This document shows positions 29,086 through 39,678 of a stretch of DNA of 64,000 bases, in pieces. The notes under the pieces are model-generated. The model was not told the origin of the DNA and did no database searches. It saw only the letters and a list, made by a program, of their open reading frames with translations. The stretch lies in assembly GCA_016215025.1 (NCBI GenBank), contig JACRMI010000182.1, positions 2,864 through 66,863 on the forward strand, given 5' to 3'. Each line of letters starts with the position of its first letter. Position 1 is the first letter of the stretch. The DNA comes from Chloroflexota bacterium. GTDB taxonomy: Bacteria > Chloroflexota > Anaerolineae > UBA4142. A program made the translations under genes and the position numbers.

Positions 29086-31170
29086 CTAGACGTGCGCCAG
29101 CGCTTCTTTGACCCGCGACCGTGCCAACGCCCGTGCTTCTCGTGGATCGGGCAATGCCGCGATCACGGTGCCGACCACCAAAAGCCCAAAGCCAATCCAC
29201 AACCACACGACCAGCGGATTGATGATAACTTTGATCGTCGCCGTCCCCGCTTTGGAATCAAAGCCAGCTAAGATCACGTACAAGTCTTCGAGTGCGGTCG
29301 TGCGCACATCCACCTCAGTCGTCCATTGCGATTGATCGGGGTTCGGGCTTGCGTAGTAATCCTTTTCCGGCACGAGCGTTGCAACTCGTTTGCCATTTTC
29401 CAAAACCGTCAACGGCGCAGAGTAGGCAAGATAATTTTGTTTCTCGAGCACGCGCAATTGATCGAATTGCAAAGTGTATTGTTTGATCTGAACCGTCTCG
29501 CCTGGTTTGAGATTCGCCTGCGTATCGACTTGGTAGAACGTCGATCCAGCAATGCCGACCACACCCAGAATCACGCCGACATGAACGATGTAGCCGCCGT
29601 AGCGTCGTCGATTATTGGCGACCAAGTTGATCAAGCCTGTGAAGGGATTCTCGTTATATTGGCGCATCCGCGCAAGCACGCCGCGATAATATTCCAGACC
29701 GATCGTCGCCAACACGAAGGACGCCGAACTAAACGCCGCCAGTCCGTACCATTCGCGCACGCCGATGATGAACAACACAACAAGCGCAACGATGGCTACC
29801 GCGAACGGTTGCATGAAATTGCGAACGAGATTCTCAAAAGTCGCACGTCGCCAACCGATCAGCGGACAAATGCCGATCAAGATAATCAATCCGAAAAAGA
29901 TCGGACCGTTCACTTGATTGAAGAACGGCGCGCCGACAGTCACTTTTGTGCCCGTGACCGCTTCTCGAACCATCGGGAAAATCGTGCCCCACAAGGTGGC
30001 AAATGCCGCACCGACCAGGATCAGATTATTCAGCAAGAACGACGATTCGCGCGAAAGCAGTGAATCGAGTTCGTTCTCTTCCCTCAATTGGTCCATGCGA
30101 TTGAACAGCAAATATAGGAACGAAAGCAGCGTCACCGCGAGGAACACAAGGAACCAGGGTCCCAAGCTCGAAACGCCAAACGCATGCACCGATTGGATGA
30201 TGCCGCTGCGCGTGATGAACGTCCCCAGAATCGAAAGGATGAAGGTCAGCATAACAAGCACGAGATTCCAAACCTTGAGCATCCCGCGTCGTTCTTGAAT
30301 CATCACGCTGTGCAAAAACGCAGTGCCCGTGAGCCAGGGCATGAGACTGGCATTTTCGACGGGATCCCAGCCCCAGTAACCGCCCCACCCTAATTCGGTG
30401 TACGCCCATTGCATTCCGAACAACAATCCGAGCGAGAGGAACAACCAGGAGACCAGCGTCCACCGGCGCGTCGTGCGAATCCACACATCGCTCAAGCGGC
30501 GCGTGAACAATGCCGCCATCGCAAAGGCGAATGGAATCGTAAAGCCAACGTAGCCAAGGTATTGCGTTACGGGGTGAATAAACATCCCAGGATTTTGCAG
30601 CAGTGGATTCAAGCCGTTTCCATCGACCGGCGTAAAGTCGAGCAGACGGAACGGATTGCCGACGAGCGCGTTCGTTCCTTCAGGTGTGAATGGGGTAAGA
30701 ACGAAAAAGCCCGCCTTGGTTGGATCGACGACAATCGTCATGACGGCGAGGAAGAATGTCAAGGCCGCTCCAAGACCAGAGACGACGTAGGGAATCAGTT
30801 CTTGATTCTTGTCGTGATTCTGAATCAATACGACGGCGGAGAAAACGGCAAGGAGCCATGCCCAGAACAAGAGGGAGCCTTCTTGTCCGCCCCATAACGC
30901 CGAGACGTTGTAGAGCAAAGGCTGGGCGCGATTCGTTTGGAGCGCCACGTATTCAAAGCGGAATTGGTGCGTGATGAGCGCCCATTCAAGGACGCCAACC
31001 GCTAGCGTGGTCAGTCCGGCAATAACGAAAATCGCATTGCGCGCGCTAGCGAAGAGTGCGAGATGATTGCGGCGCGCAGCCACGAACGCTGCGCCTGCCG
31101 CATATAGTGCGAGGAAAAAACTGAGAAGCAGGGACGCGTAGCCGAGATCGGCCATTGCGAAGTCTGCCAT
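29086..31170 (-). CDS. ccmF: Cytochrome c heme lyase CcmF
   Basis: WGGQEGSLL, LNPLLQ, WAYTELGWGGYWGWDPVEN, SVHAF, NPLV.WLW. Confidence 0.95.
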   Translation of the reverse strand: MADFAMADLGYASLLLSFFLALYAAGAAFVAARRNHLALFASARNAIFVIAGLTTLAVGVLEWALITHQFRFEYVALQTNRAQPLLYNVSALWGGQEGSLLFWAWLLAVFSAVVLIQNHDKNQELIPYVVSGLGAALTFFLAVMTIVVDPTKAGFFVLTPFTPEGTNALVGNPFRLLDFTPVDGNGLNPLLQNPGMFIHPVTQYLGYVGFTIPFAFAMAALFTRRLSDVWIRTTRRWTLVSWLFLSLGLLFGMQWAYTELGWGGYWGWDPVENASLMPWLTGTAFLHSVMIQERRGMLKVWNLVLVMLTFILSILGTFITRSGIIQSVHAFGVSSLGPWFLVFLAVTLLSFLYLLFNRMDQLREENELDSLLSRESSFLLNNLILVGAAFATLWGTIFPMVREAVTGTKVTVGAPFFNQVNGPIFFGLIILIGICPLIGWRRATFENLVRNFMQPFAVAIVALVVLFIIGVREWYGLAAFSSASFVLATIGLEYYRGVLARMRQYNENPFTGLINLVANNRRRYGGYIVHVGVILGVVGIAGSTFYQVDTQANLKPGETVQIKQYTLQFDQLRVLEKQNYLAYSAPLTVLENGKRVATLVPEKDYYASPNPDQSQWTTEVDVRTTALEDLYVILAGFDSKAGTATIKVIINPLVVWLWIGFGLLVVGTVIAALPDPREARALARSRVKEALAHV

Positions 31171-31227
31171 AGCTTCGTCTCCTTCATTAGCCAGTCTCTC
31201 GATAGGGATTCGATGGAGACTGTTGGC

Positions 31228-31680
31228 TTAGGGCTTGCCCGTCGGCACATCCGATTCGTACTTGGACGGACACTTGACGAGAATCGTCGAAGCGACGAAC
31301 ACGCCATCCGCTCCAAGTTTACCCTCGGCAACTACACTTTCGCCTTGTTCGAATGTATCGGGCTTGACGCCTTTGTAAACGACGGGTAGAACCAGGTTGT
31401 CGTCTTTGAGGTTGAATTTTAAAGTCAGGGTCTTGTCGTCGAACTGGATCGTGGACTTGTCGAGTGGAGCATTCACGCGAACGGGTTGATTCACGATGGC
31501 GCTGCGCTGCGCGTTTAATTCCTTGAGGGTCAGATAGTATATTGCGTTGGATTGAAACGACGAGATCGTGACGTACGCAATTGCACCCAGGATCAAAAGA
31601 CCGCCGATCAAAAACTTTAGCTTGCCGCCGGTCTTGACGGATGCAGACCGCTCCGGCGCGGGAACTGCAACTGTGCTCAT
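31228..31680 (-). CDS. ccmE: Heme chaperone CcmE, CxxxY variant
   Basis: TM, YYLT, V.Y.G.KPDTF..G..VVAEG, KCPSKY. Confidence 0.9.
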   Translation of the reverse strand: MSTVAVPAPERSASVKTGGKLKFLIGGLLILGAIAYVTISSFQSNAIYYLTLKELNAQRSAIVNQPVRVNAPLDKSTIQFDDKTLTLKFNLKDDNLVLPVVYKGVKPDTFEQGESVVAEGKLGADGVFVASTILVKCPSKYESDVPTGKP

Positions 31681-31884
31681 GAGTCGCTCCTTGATAAAAG
31701 ACTAGACAGCCCGTGTCTGTCTCTAAACTCTGTTCAGAATATCACCAACAAGTCAAAAAGTGGTCTAAGGGCAGTCAAAGGCGAGTCGTATTTGCCGTTT
31801 GAGCAAAGAAAACGAGTGGTGCTATAATCAGCGCCAATTTATGGCAACTAAAATTAGTGAACTTGATAACACAAATGCATCAAC

Positions 31885-32130
31885 ATGACCGATCCGCCAT
31901 TCGGGCACGGTATGATGCGCTCGCCAAATGGGGTGTTTGTCGTCATGGACGCAAAACTTGGCAAAGGGATTCCTCGTCTTTTCAACCCGTTGATCCGATG
32001 GATGGCTCACCAGTTTCTGTACGATATTGATCGACCCTTGACGGAAGATATCGCCCGGCGATTTCAGAATGTGCGGACAACCGAGTACGATTTTGGATAT
32101 ACTTTTGTAACCGCCGCTCGAAAGAAATAG
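31885..32130 (+). pseudogene. Possible C-terminal remnant of a class I methyltransferase
   Basis: P.G.FVVMD...G..FV..ARK resembles the last strands of a methyltransferase fold; no SAM-binding motif I upstream. Confidence 0.3.
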
Positions 32131-32240
32131 AAACGCGATTCTCAACTTTCGAATTGCAATGATGAAAAAAAACTTGAATCCCAGTCCAACTCCGCTCAAT
32201 CACCTCTCCTCGTCAGCTTTTTCGATAAAGAATCACACCT

Positions 32241-32324
32241 CTAGTGCGACCACAAAGTAATGCGGCATACTCAACCACGCATAAAAAACGCTTGACTTGC
32301 TAGGCAAGACTTTGGATGCTCTAC
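32241..32324. mobile_element. 84-bp MITE-like element, copy 1
   Basis: 74/84 identical (manual count) to 38492-38575; imperfect terminal inverted repeats. Confidence 0.6.
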
Positions 32325-32431
32325 CAAGTGCAATCAAGAAAGTTTTGTGGGTTCTTAGTTTAGTCCCTCGTGGGCGTTCAACGCGCACAAGGCGCTACAC
32401 TACAATTCATGATTTTTGTGATTGCACTTGG
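32324..32431. mobile_element. MITE-like element with 13-bp terminal inverted repeats
   Basis: ccaagtgcaatca ... tgattgcacttgg, non-coding interior. Confidence 0.5.
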
Positions 32432-32560
32432 TCTCTGTCACTATTTCCCTTGATTCCCAAACTAAGATAACTTAACCCAATTCTCATTTGCGCTTAATCC
32501 ATACCTCGGATAATCTAATCTGGTATTTCACGGTAATAATAGCTACAGCCGGGAGGAATC

Positions 32561-33964
32561 ATGAAACGAAATTGGATCATCGTCGGCGTTGTCGTGGTTG
32601 TCGTCATAGTTGCTGCCGCATTGGGGCTACGCCAAATGTCGGCGAATGCATCAGCTTCGAACGTGTCAACGCGTTCACAGACGGCTACCGTCACCCGCGG
32701 CAATCTCATCGCCACGGTTAGCGCAGCTGGCAACGTCTCTGCTCCAACCAGCACCTCGCTCGCATTCCAAACGTCGGGCAAAGTTTCCAAGGTCAACGTG
32801 CAAATCGGCGATCAAGTCAAAAAAGGGCAACTGCTCATGCAGCTTGACACAACCGATTTAGAGCTTTCGCTCAAGGGCGCGCAAATCAGTCTCAATAACG
32901 CACAAGCGAGCTTCGATTCGACCAAAGCGAATCTGCAATTCTCGCTGCGCACCGCGCAAGACAATCTCGCCAACTCGCAAGCCGCGCTCGATACCGCCAA
33001 AGCCAAAGCCGCGCAAAATCCCAATCAACTCATCGCCGCCAAAGCCTCGCTCGACAAGGCGACCATCGCGCTGCAAAAAGCACAGAGCGATTACAACGCC
33101 GTTGCATGGCGACCCGACATCGGCATGACCTCGCAAGCCCAAACCCTGCAAACCGCTACCATCGATTACAATACCGCGCTCGCCAACTATAATGTCTCGG
33201 CATCGAATATTGCGAATGACAATTCGGTCAAGCAAGCGCAATTGGCGCTCGACCGCGATCAAATCTCGCTCGAACAAGCGCAGAAAAATCTGGACACGTC
33301 GATGCGCACGGCGCAAGGTCAACTCGATTCGGCGCAAAACTCGGTCGAGATTGCCAAGCGCAATTTGGAAAAAGCCAGTATCTACGCCCCTTATGATGGA
33401 CTTGTTTCCACCGTCAACTTTAGTCCGAACGATAGCGCAGGCACCGGTGCCGCCGTCGTCATCGTCGATCCCAGCAACCTGCAAGTCAGACTAACGATAG
33501 CCGAAGTCGATGTCGCCAAGATCAAACAAGGTCAGACGGCTCAAATGACGTTGGATGCATTACCAGGTCAAACCTATACCGCCAAAGTAATATCGGTGTC
33601 GCCGGTTGGAACTGTAACGCAAGGTGTAGTCAATTATCCAGTGTATGTCGCGCTCACCAAGAATGATGGCACCGTCAAGCCCGGCATGACGGCGAACCTT
33701 GCCATCAACGTCGAAGAACGCGACAACGTGCTCTTGCTGCCTTTGCGTGCCGTTCGCACGACTGGCAATCAGAAAACTGTCACCGTTGAATACAAGGGAC
33801 AACAGATCGCCGTTCCTGTTCAGACTGGACTGACGAACGATACTAGCGTGGAAATCATGGCGGGTCTGCAAGAGGGCGATGTCGTTCAACTCACAACGAC
33901 AACGACTCGACAAACGGGCGGTGCTGGCGGATTCCCTGGTGGTCCCGTAATGATTGGGAGGTAA
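32561..33964 (+). CDS. MacA/HlyD-like efflux adaptor subunit
   Basis: N-terminal TM, SGKV..VNV..GD.VKKGQ.L, long coiled coil, APYDG, PGMTA, GL.EGD.V. Confidence 0.9.
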   Translation: MKRNWIIVGVVVVVVIVAAALGLRQMSANASASNVSTRSQTATVTRGNLIATVSAAGNVSAPTSTSLAFQTSGKVSKVNVQIGDQVKKGQLLMQLDTTDLELSLKGAQISLNNAQASFDSTKANLQFSLRTAQDNLANSQAALDTAKAKAAQNPNQLIAAKASLDKATIALQKAQSDYNAVAWRPDIGMTSQAQTLQTATIDYNTALANYNVSASNIANDNSVKQAQLALDRDQISLEQAQKNLDTSMRTAQGQLDSAQNSVEIAKRNLEKASIYAPYDGLVSTVNFSPNDSAGTGAAVVIVDPSNLQVRLTIAEVDVAKIKQGQTAQMTLDALPGQTYTAKVISVSPVGTVTQGVVNYPVYVALTKNDGTVKPGMTANLAINVEERDNVLLLPLRAVRTTGNQKTVTVEYKGQQIAVPVQTGLTNDTSVEIMAGLQEGDVVQLTTTTTRQTGGAGGFPGGPVMIGR

Positions 33965-33965
33965 A

Positions 33966-34703
33966 ATGAGCGCAGTCATTGAGATTCGCGACGTGAAAAA
34001 AATTTATAGGATGGGCGATGTCGAAGTACCGGCTTTGGATGGCGTCTCGCTCGACATTCATCAGGGCGAGATGGTTTCCATCATTGGTCCGTCCGGCTCG
34101 GGCAAATCGACGCTGATGAACATTATCGGCTGCTTGGATACGCCGACGAGTGGGTCGTACACTCTCGACGGAGTCGACGTTTCCAAAATGTCCGACGACG
34201 AGCAAGCGATGATTCGCAACAAAAAAATCGGCTTTGTGTTTCAGCAATTTAATCTGTTACCGCGCACGCCAGCCGTCGACCAAGTGGAATTGCCGATGGT
34301 GTACGCCGGGACGCCCGATCGAAAAAAACGGGCAACTGCCGCACTGGAATCTGTCGGCTTGGGTGAACGCATCCATCATCGTCCCACCGAATTATCCGGT
34401 GGACAGCAACAACGCGTCGCGATTGCCCGCGCGCTCGTCAACGAACCAAGCATTCTGCTAGCCGATGAGCCAACGGGCAACTTGGATTCCAAAGCCGGGC
34501 GCGAGGTGATGGCGATTTTCCAGCGACTGAATCGCGAGCGTGGCATCACGATCATTCTGGTGACACATGAACCTGCGATTGCAGCACACACGGATCGCAT
34601 CATCCATATTCGTGATGGAAATATTTATGCCGATGAGCGCGTCGCCAAGCCTAAAGATGCCGCCACTGAACTTTCGGTTTATGACACGAATGGGAAAAAC
34701 TGA
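33966..34703 (+). CDS. MacB/LolD-like ABC ATP-binding protein
   Basis: [37 protein letters not shown]. Confidence 0.93.
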   Translation: MSAVIEIRDVKKIYRMGDVEVPALDGVSLDIHQGEMVSIIGPSGSGKSTLMNIIGCLDTPTSGSYTLDGVDVSKMSDDEQAMIRNKKIGFVFQQFNLLPRTPAVDQVELPMVYAGTPDRKKRATAALESVGLGERIHHRPTELSGGQQQRVAIARALVNEPSILLADEPTGNLDSKAGREVMAIFQRLNRERGITIILVTHEPAIAAHTDRIIHIRDGNIYADERVAKPKDAATELSVYDTNGKN

Positions 34704-34733
34704 AAGCCAGCTACCCGGTACCAGGAGCCTCAA

Positions 34734-35969
34734 ATGATAATCTGGCAAAGTGTTCGCATTGCGCTGCGAGGCATCGCCGCAAATAAGCTTCGCTCTGGAC
34801 TGACCATGCTCGGCATCATCATTGGCGTCATGTCGGTTATTGCGATGTTGTCTATCGGGCGCGGGATGCAGAATACGGTGACGGCGCAGATCAGCAGTAT
34901 CGGCACGAATTTGCTTTTCATTCGACCGGGGAACACGCAACAAGGCGGTGTGCGACAGCAAGAAAGCGCTGCCACATTGACGCTTGGCGACGCCGAAGCA
35001 ATCTGGAGCGTGCCAAATGTTACCGCTGTCGCGCCTCAAGTCGATGGTTTTGGCCAAGTCGCTTATCTAGGCAACAACTCGGTCGGTCGTATCATCGGCG
35101 TGACGCCCGAATATCCGGATGCGATGAACGCCAATCTCGCCAGCGGCGATTGGGTGACAGCCGCCAACGTAACCACACGCGCGGCGGTGGTGGTGCTCGG
35201 CGCGCAAATCGCCACCGATCTGTTTGATACCTCCGACCCCGTCGGGCAAACCATTCGCATCAATGGACAAAACTTTCGCGTGATCGGCGTGATGGAAGCC
35301 AAAGGCGGCAGTGGGTTCAACAACACCGATACCCAAATCTATGTTCCGATCACAACGGCGAGCAGCCGCTTGACCGGTAACGCGCGTTTCCGTGGCGGCG
35401 ATGTCGTCTCGACGATCAATGTTCGCATCACCGACACCAATGTTCAGAATTCGGTTGTGCAAGACATTGGCGATATATTGCGTCAGCGTCACCGCATCAC
35501 GCTTCAGCAAGACGATTTCACAATTCAAAGCCAGCAGGATATTCTCAACACGTTGAACAGCATCACCGATGGTTTTACAATTTTCCTGGGTGGTCTCGCT
35601 GGTATTTCGCTCATCGTCGGCGGCATTGGCATCATGAACATTATGCTCGTGTCTGTCACCGAACGCACGCGCGAGATTGGTATTCGCAAAGCGATTGGCG
35701 CGCGCAAACGTGACATCCTGATCCAATTCTTGACCGAAGCCATGGTGCTGAGTTTGACCGGTGGCTTGATCGGTCTGCTCTTTGGCGCGATCATCGCACG
35801 AGTGATTTCCGGCATCAACCTCGGCGCGACGACATTGCAAACCGTCGTCGATCTCGATGCGGTTTTGCTAGCGATCATATTTTCGCTGGGCGTGGGATTG
35901 TTCTTTGGCATTTATCCCGCCAATCGTGCCGCCAGCTTGCACCCGATTGATGCGTTACGCTACGAATAG
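34734..35969 (+). CDS. MacB/FtsX-like ABC permease
   Basis: RSGLTMLGIIIG, GGIGIMNIMLVSVTERTREIGIRKA, PIDALRYE. Confidence 0.93.
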   Translation: MIIWQSVRIALRGIAANKLRSGLTMLGIIIGVMSVIAMLSIGRGMQNTVTAQISSIGTNLLFIRPGNTQQGGVRQQESAATLTLGDAEAIWSVPNVTAVAPQVDGFGQVAYLGNNSVGRIIGVTPEYPDAMNANLASGDWVTAANVTTRAAVVVLGAQIATDLFDTSDPVGQTIRINGQNFRVIGVMEAKGGSGFNNTDTQIYVPITTASSRLTGNARFRGGDVVSTINVRITDTNVQNSVVQDIGDILRQRHRITLQQDDFTIQSQQDILNTLNSITDGFTIFLGGLAGISLIVGGIGIMNIMLVSVTERTREIGIRKAIGARKRDILIQFLTEAMVLSLTGGLIGLLFGAIIARVISGINLGATTLQTVVDLDAVLLAIIFSLGVGLFFGIYPANRAASLHPIDALRYE

Positions 35970-36080
35970 CCAGTGAACAGTGATCAATCAACAGTCAACA
36001 GCTAACAGTATACATTAAACAGTGAAGTGACCAGCCAACAGTTTACTGTTCACTGATAACTGGTCACTGTTTACTGGTCA
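35970..36080. repeat. Inverted heptamer tandem array (cagtgaa / actgttc)
   Basis: cagtgaacagtgatcaatcaacagtcaacag ... actgttcactgataactggtcactgtttactg. Confidence 0.75.
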
Positions 36081-36096
36081 GATGAAGAGGACAAGG

Positions 36097-37563
36097 ATGA
36101 AGCACTTGCGATTTTTGGGATTGATCCTGGTTTTTGTGATTGCCGCTCTAGCTGTTCCATCGGTTTTTGCAGGCGCGCCTACCGGCGGTTCGCCGGATGA
36201 TCCGTTGATGGTCACCGGCACCTCGCAAACAATTGCGCCCAATTCTTCGCTGTGGTTTTATTTCGATTACACCCCGGACACCGGCGCGCCGACCTTTGGC
36301 GGACGCCTGGGACGTAGCTCCGGCAAACCGCTCGCCAACGTCACTGTCGATGCGAATGGCGTCGGCGGACTTGCGCTCTCCATCTACACCCCGGACCAAG
36401 CTGTGAATTGGCTGAACGATGCAGCCACAGCGCCGGTAGGACGTGGCACGCCATTCGTCGATGTCTTGTCCGATAGCGTCACGCACGATTTGTACTGGTC
36501 GGGCGGATTCAATAAACCAGGCAGGTATTTCGCAGTTGTGACCAACAACAATTCCACGCCAGTCTCATTCGTTTTGACTGTCGCCGGCGAGACCGTGCAA
36601 ACGATACCGCCGCCAACTCCGACCCCTTCGCCTACTCTCTTTGTTCCGATCACCGTCACGCCGGTTCCAACGGGAACCGTGCAAGGCAAATTCGTTTTTC
36701 AAGATGCGATTGGCGGCACGATTTACACGGCGAGCGATAATGGTTCCAAACCGGTCGCCGTCTCGCATGGGATCGATCCATCCTGGTCGCCGAACGGCAA
36801 ACAAATTATTTTCGCGCGTTGGGACAATACCGCCCCAGGTGTCTACATCGCCAATGCCGACGGCTCGAACGAACGAATCGTTTTCACTTCACCGCGCGCG
36901 CGTTCGCCGCGGATGAGTCCGGATGGAACACAAATCGTTTTCACGCAACAAAAGAAGGATTGGCCCGACGCGGTTTGGAAACTGGGTGTCGTCGACATCG
37001 ACACCGGCGTACTGACCGAGCCGCAATGCTCGCGACTTTGTTTTTCGCCAAGCTGGGCTCCGGATGGAAAAACAATCTATTACGACGATCCAACCTACGG
37101 CATCATGGCAACCGACAAAACCAGCGGCGCACCCTGGGCGGTTATGGGTCCGCATGGAATGTATTGGGACACTGCCAAAAATGCCGCGATGCCGATTGAG
37201 CATTTGCCGCCAACCTCATCGGCGATGATTAGCCCAGATGGAAATCGCGTGGCGTTCATGATGACGGCGCAAGACCATTGGGACATTAACTATGTCGCCG
37301 CAACCGGCGGAAGCGAAATTGGCGTAACCAAGCAAGACGTCATGTTGTACGTTTTCTACAATGTGCGAATCAGCAGTGGGGCGCCGGTATGGTCGCCCGA
37401 CGGAAAACAAATCTTGTTCTTGTCCGATCGAAATGGCAAATGGGAATTTTACACCATCAGTCCCAATGGCAGCGATCTAAAACAGGTGCTCAAAAACGTG
37501 ACCGACACCATCAATATCAAATACGATTTTCAGCACGAGCGCGTGATCGATTGGAGCAAGTAA
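36097..37563 (+). CDS. Secreted TolB-like PD40 beta-propeller protein
   Basis: Signal peptide, Pro/Thr linker, repeated P.WSPDG..I.F motifs. Confidence 0.82.
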   Translation: MKHLRFLGLILVFVIAALAVPSVFAGAPTGGSPDDPLMVTGTSQTIAPNSSLWFYFDYTPDTGAPTFGGRLGRSSGKPLANVTVDANGVGGLALSIYTPDQAVNWLNDAATAPVGRGTPFVDVLSDSVTHDLYWSGGFNKPGRYFAVVTNNNSTPVSFVLTVAGETVQTIPPPTPTPSPTLFVPITVTPVPTGTVQGKFVFQDAIGGTIYTASDNGSKPVAVSHGIDPSWSPNGKQIIFARWDNTAPGVYIANADGSNERIVFTSPRARSPRMSPDGTQIVFTQQKKDWPDAVWKLGVVDIDTGVLTEPQCSRLCFSPSWAPDGKTIYYDDPTYGIMATDKTSGAPWAVMGPHGMYWDTAKNAAMPIEHLPPTSSAMISPDGNRVAFMMTAQDHWDINYVAATGGSEIGVTKQDVMLYVFYNVRISSGAPVWSPDGKQILFLSDRNGKWEFYTISPNGSDLKQVLKNVTDTINIKYDFQHERVIDWSK

Positions 37564-37615
37564 ATTCTCGCCAATCTTCAGTAAATCGGTCACGACGCGT
37601 CGCCGACGCAGCGGA

Positions 37616-37825
37616 GTGCTAGTGGCGCATCGCTTGAGGTCTTTGATCGTCCGCAGCGCAATCGCTGCCTTGATCGCCTGGATTCTGATTAGTCTACCCA
37701 TCCCGCAAATTCCAGCGCGGACCTGGTTCGCATTTGTCCAAGTGCCTGTCGTCATTTTTGTGCTTATCTGTTACATTGGCAAATTGCTCATCGACACATT
37801 CTTTTACGATCGCTATAAACCCTAA
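37616..37825 (+). CDS. Small two-TM membrane protein
   Basis: Two hydrophobic helices ending GKLLIDTFFYDRYKP; fills the gap before the next RBS. Start uncertain. Confidence 0.5.
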   Translation: MLVAHRLRSLIVRSAIAALIAWILISLPIPQIPARTWFAFVQVPVVIFVLICYIGKLLIDTFFYDRYKP

Positions 37826-37836
37826 GGAGGAGAAAT

Positions 37837-38289
37837 ATGAAAACGATTTTAATTGGAGTTGTCTTCGTCATTTTGATGGCCGCTTCAGGCGGCGTCGGCT
37901 ATTATTTTGGCAACGATAACGGACTCAAAACTGCCACCACCATTCGCACCGAATTCTTTGCCAATCGCGCCGGAAGCACCGGGGCTGATCCAAACGCGCA
38001 AGGCGCAACCCGTGGCAATAATCAAGCCGGCGGACAAAACTTTCCCGGTGCGGGACAAGTCGTCGGAATGGGTGGGCGTCCCACTGCTGCCGGCACCGTC
38101 AAAGGCATTCAAGGCAACACGATTACGGTCACTCAGCAAGACGGCAGCACTACAACCGTTACTGTCGATGACAAGACGGAATACACCAAACTTGGTACGG
38201 CAACTTTGGCAGATGTTACTCCCGGTTTGCGAATTGTCGTCACCGATCAAAATGGAATCAAGCGCATTCAACTCACGCCTGGACAATAA
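37837..38289 (+). CDS. DUF5666-like protein
   Basis: RBS aaggaggag; TM, Gly-rich linker, GTVK.I.G.TITV...T.Y.K...L.D...G..IVV. Confidence 0.7.
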   Translation: MKTILIGVVFVILMAASGGVGYYFGNDNGLKTATTIRTEFFANRAGSTGADPNAQGATRGNNQAGGQNFPGAGQVVGMGGRPTAAGTVKGIQGNTITVTQQDGSTTTVTVDDKTEYTKLGTATLADVTPGLRIVVTDQNGIKRIQLTPGQ

Positions 38290-38312
38290 TTGAATTTAAT
38301 AATCGTAAAACA

Positions 38313-38343
38313 AAAAAGCCGTCTCAACCAGAGACGGCTTTTC
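38313..38343 (+). terminator. Rho-independent terminator
   Basis: aagccgtctc-aacca-gagacggctt followed by T residues. Confidence 0.75.
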
Positions 38344-38439
38344 AATTTCAAAGATTGAAACGCCATTGTCGTATCGCATTGCACTTTGCAAAAATATTTT
38401 CACGTTTGGCGCTTGGAACATCAATCTGAACAAATGAAA

Positions 38440-38468
38440 TTGACACCCCGGCTTATCTCTAGTATAAT
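38440..38468 (+). promoter_or_regulatory. Consensus sigma70 promoter of the amino-acid ABC operon
   Basis: Perfect TTGACA-N17-TATAAT. Confidence 0.8.
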
Positions 38469-38491
38469 CCCGCCAATTCAGCAAGTGCGCA

Positions 38492-38575
38492 CTAGTGCAG
38501 CCACAAAGTAATGCTGTATACTCAACCACGCATGAAATACGCTTGGCTTGCTATGCAAGACCTTGGATGCACTAC
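38492..38575. mobile_element. 84-bp MITE-like element, copy 2 (in a 5' leader)
   Basis: tagtgcagcca ... tggatgcacta termini (10/11 inverted match); direct-repeat partner at 32241. Confidence 0.6.
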
Positions 38576-38661
38576 TAAACAGCGATCGCCGAGTTCGGTC
38601 TTTTTTTCTTTTGATCCCTTGCGTTATCCCCATATTTCAATTTCCTAAAGGAGGAAGAAGA

Positions 38662-39591
38662 ATGAAACGCATTGGTTTACTGTTATTGCTTGCACTGATG
38701 GTTGTACTCGTTGTTGCGTGTGCCAGTCCGACGCCAACTGCCGCACCGACAGCCGCACCCAAAGCAAGCAGTGCATCCTCAAGCGCCGCCCCATCGTCTA
38801 GCGCGGCACCTTCGTCGAGCGCCGCTCCATCATCCAGCGCCGCTACTCTACCCGACCTGAAAGGTCGCGCCCTCAAAGTAGGCAGCGACACTACCTACCC
38901 CCCGTTCGAGTCCATCAATGACAAGAAAGAAATCGTCGGATTCGACGTCGATCTCGTCACCGAAATCTGCAAAAAGATCAACTGCAAACCTACCTTCATT
39001 ACGGCCGATTTCGATGGCTTGATGATCGCCGTCAACAACAAGACCTATGATTTCTCGATCTCGGGGTGGACCATTACCGAAGAACGTGGCAAGACGGTCG
39101 ATTTCGGTTTGCCGTACATGCAAAACACCCAAGTCTTGCTCGTCCGCAACGACGAAACTCGCATCAAGGGTCCTGAAGATTTGAAGAACCCCGCGTACAT
39201 CGTCGCCGTCCAACTCGGCACGACTAACTCGATCACCGCCAAGAAATTGGTTGCCGATGCAAACAAGCAAGTCAAAGAATTTCAAGATTTCCCCGCCGCG
39301 GTTCAAGCCTTGATCAACAAGCAAGCGGATGCCGTCGATATTGATACCTTCGCTGCGTCTGACCTTCTCGAGCAGAACAAAGGCAAAGTCAAGACCGCCG
39401 GTGCTCCGTTCGGCGATGAGTTCTTGGGCATGGTCTTCCGCAAAGGCGACACGGAACTCAAGAACGCCTTCGACGCCGGTCTCAAAGCCGTCTACGCCGA
39501 TGGCACCTGGAGCAAACTGTGCAATCTGTGGTGGAAGGACATCAATCCCAAACCGGAGTGCACGGGCAAAGGTCTCCCCTACGCCAAATAA
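38662..39591 (+). CDS. Polar amino-acid ABC transporter substrate-binding lipoprotein
   Basis: Lipobox VVAC, (SSSAAP)n linker, YPPFE, GFDVDL, AVQLGTT; RBS aaggagg. Confidence 0.92.
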   Translation: MKRIGLLLLLALMVVLVVACASPTPTAAPTAAPKASSASSSAAPSSSAAPSSSAAPSSSAATLPDLKGRALKVGSDTTYPPFESINDKKEIVGFDVDLVTEICKKINCKPTFITADFDGLMIAVNNKTYDFSISGWTITEERGKTVDFGLPYMQNTQVLLVRNDETRIKGPEDLKNPAYIVAVQLGTTNSITAKKLVADANKQVKEFQDFPAAVQALINKQADAVDIDTFAASDLLEQNKGKVKTAGAPFGDEFLGMVFRKGDTELKNAFDAGLKAVYADGTWSKLCNLWWKDINPKPECTGKGLPYAK

Positions 39592-39678
39592 GTTCTAACA
39601 CATTATCTCGCAGGTCGCTGGGCGATGACGCTTCAGCGACCTGTTATATCCGAGAAAAACTCGAACCAAGAGAGTTCC

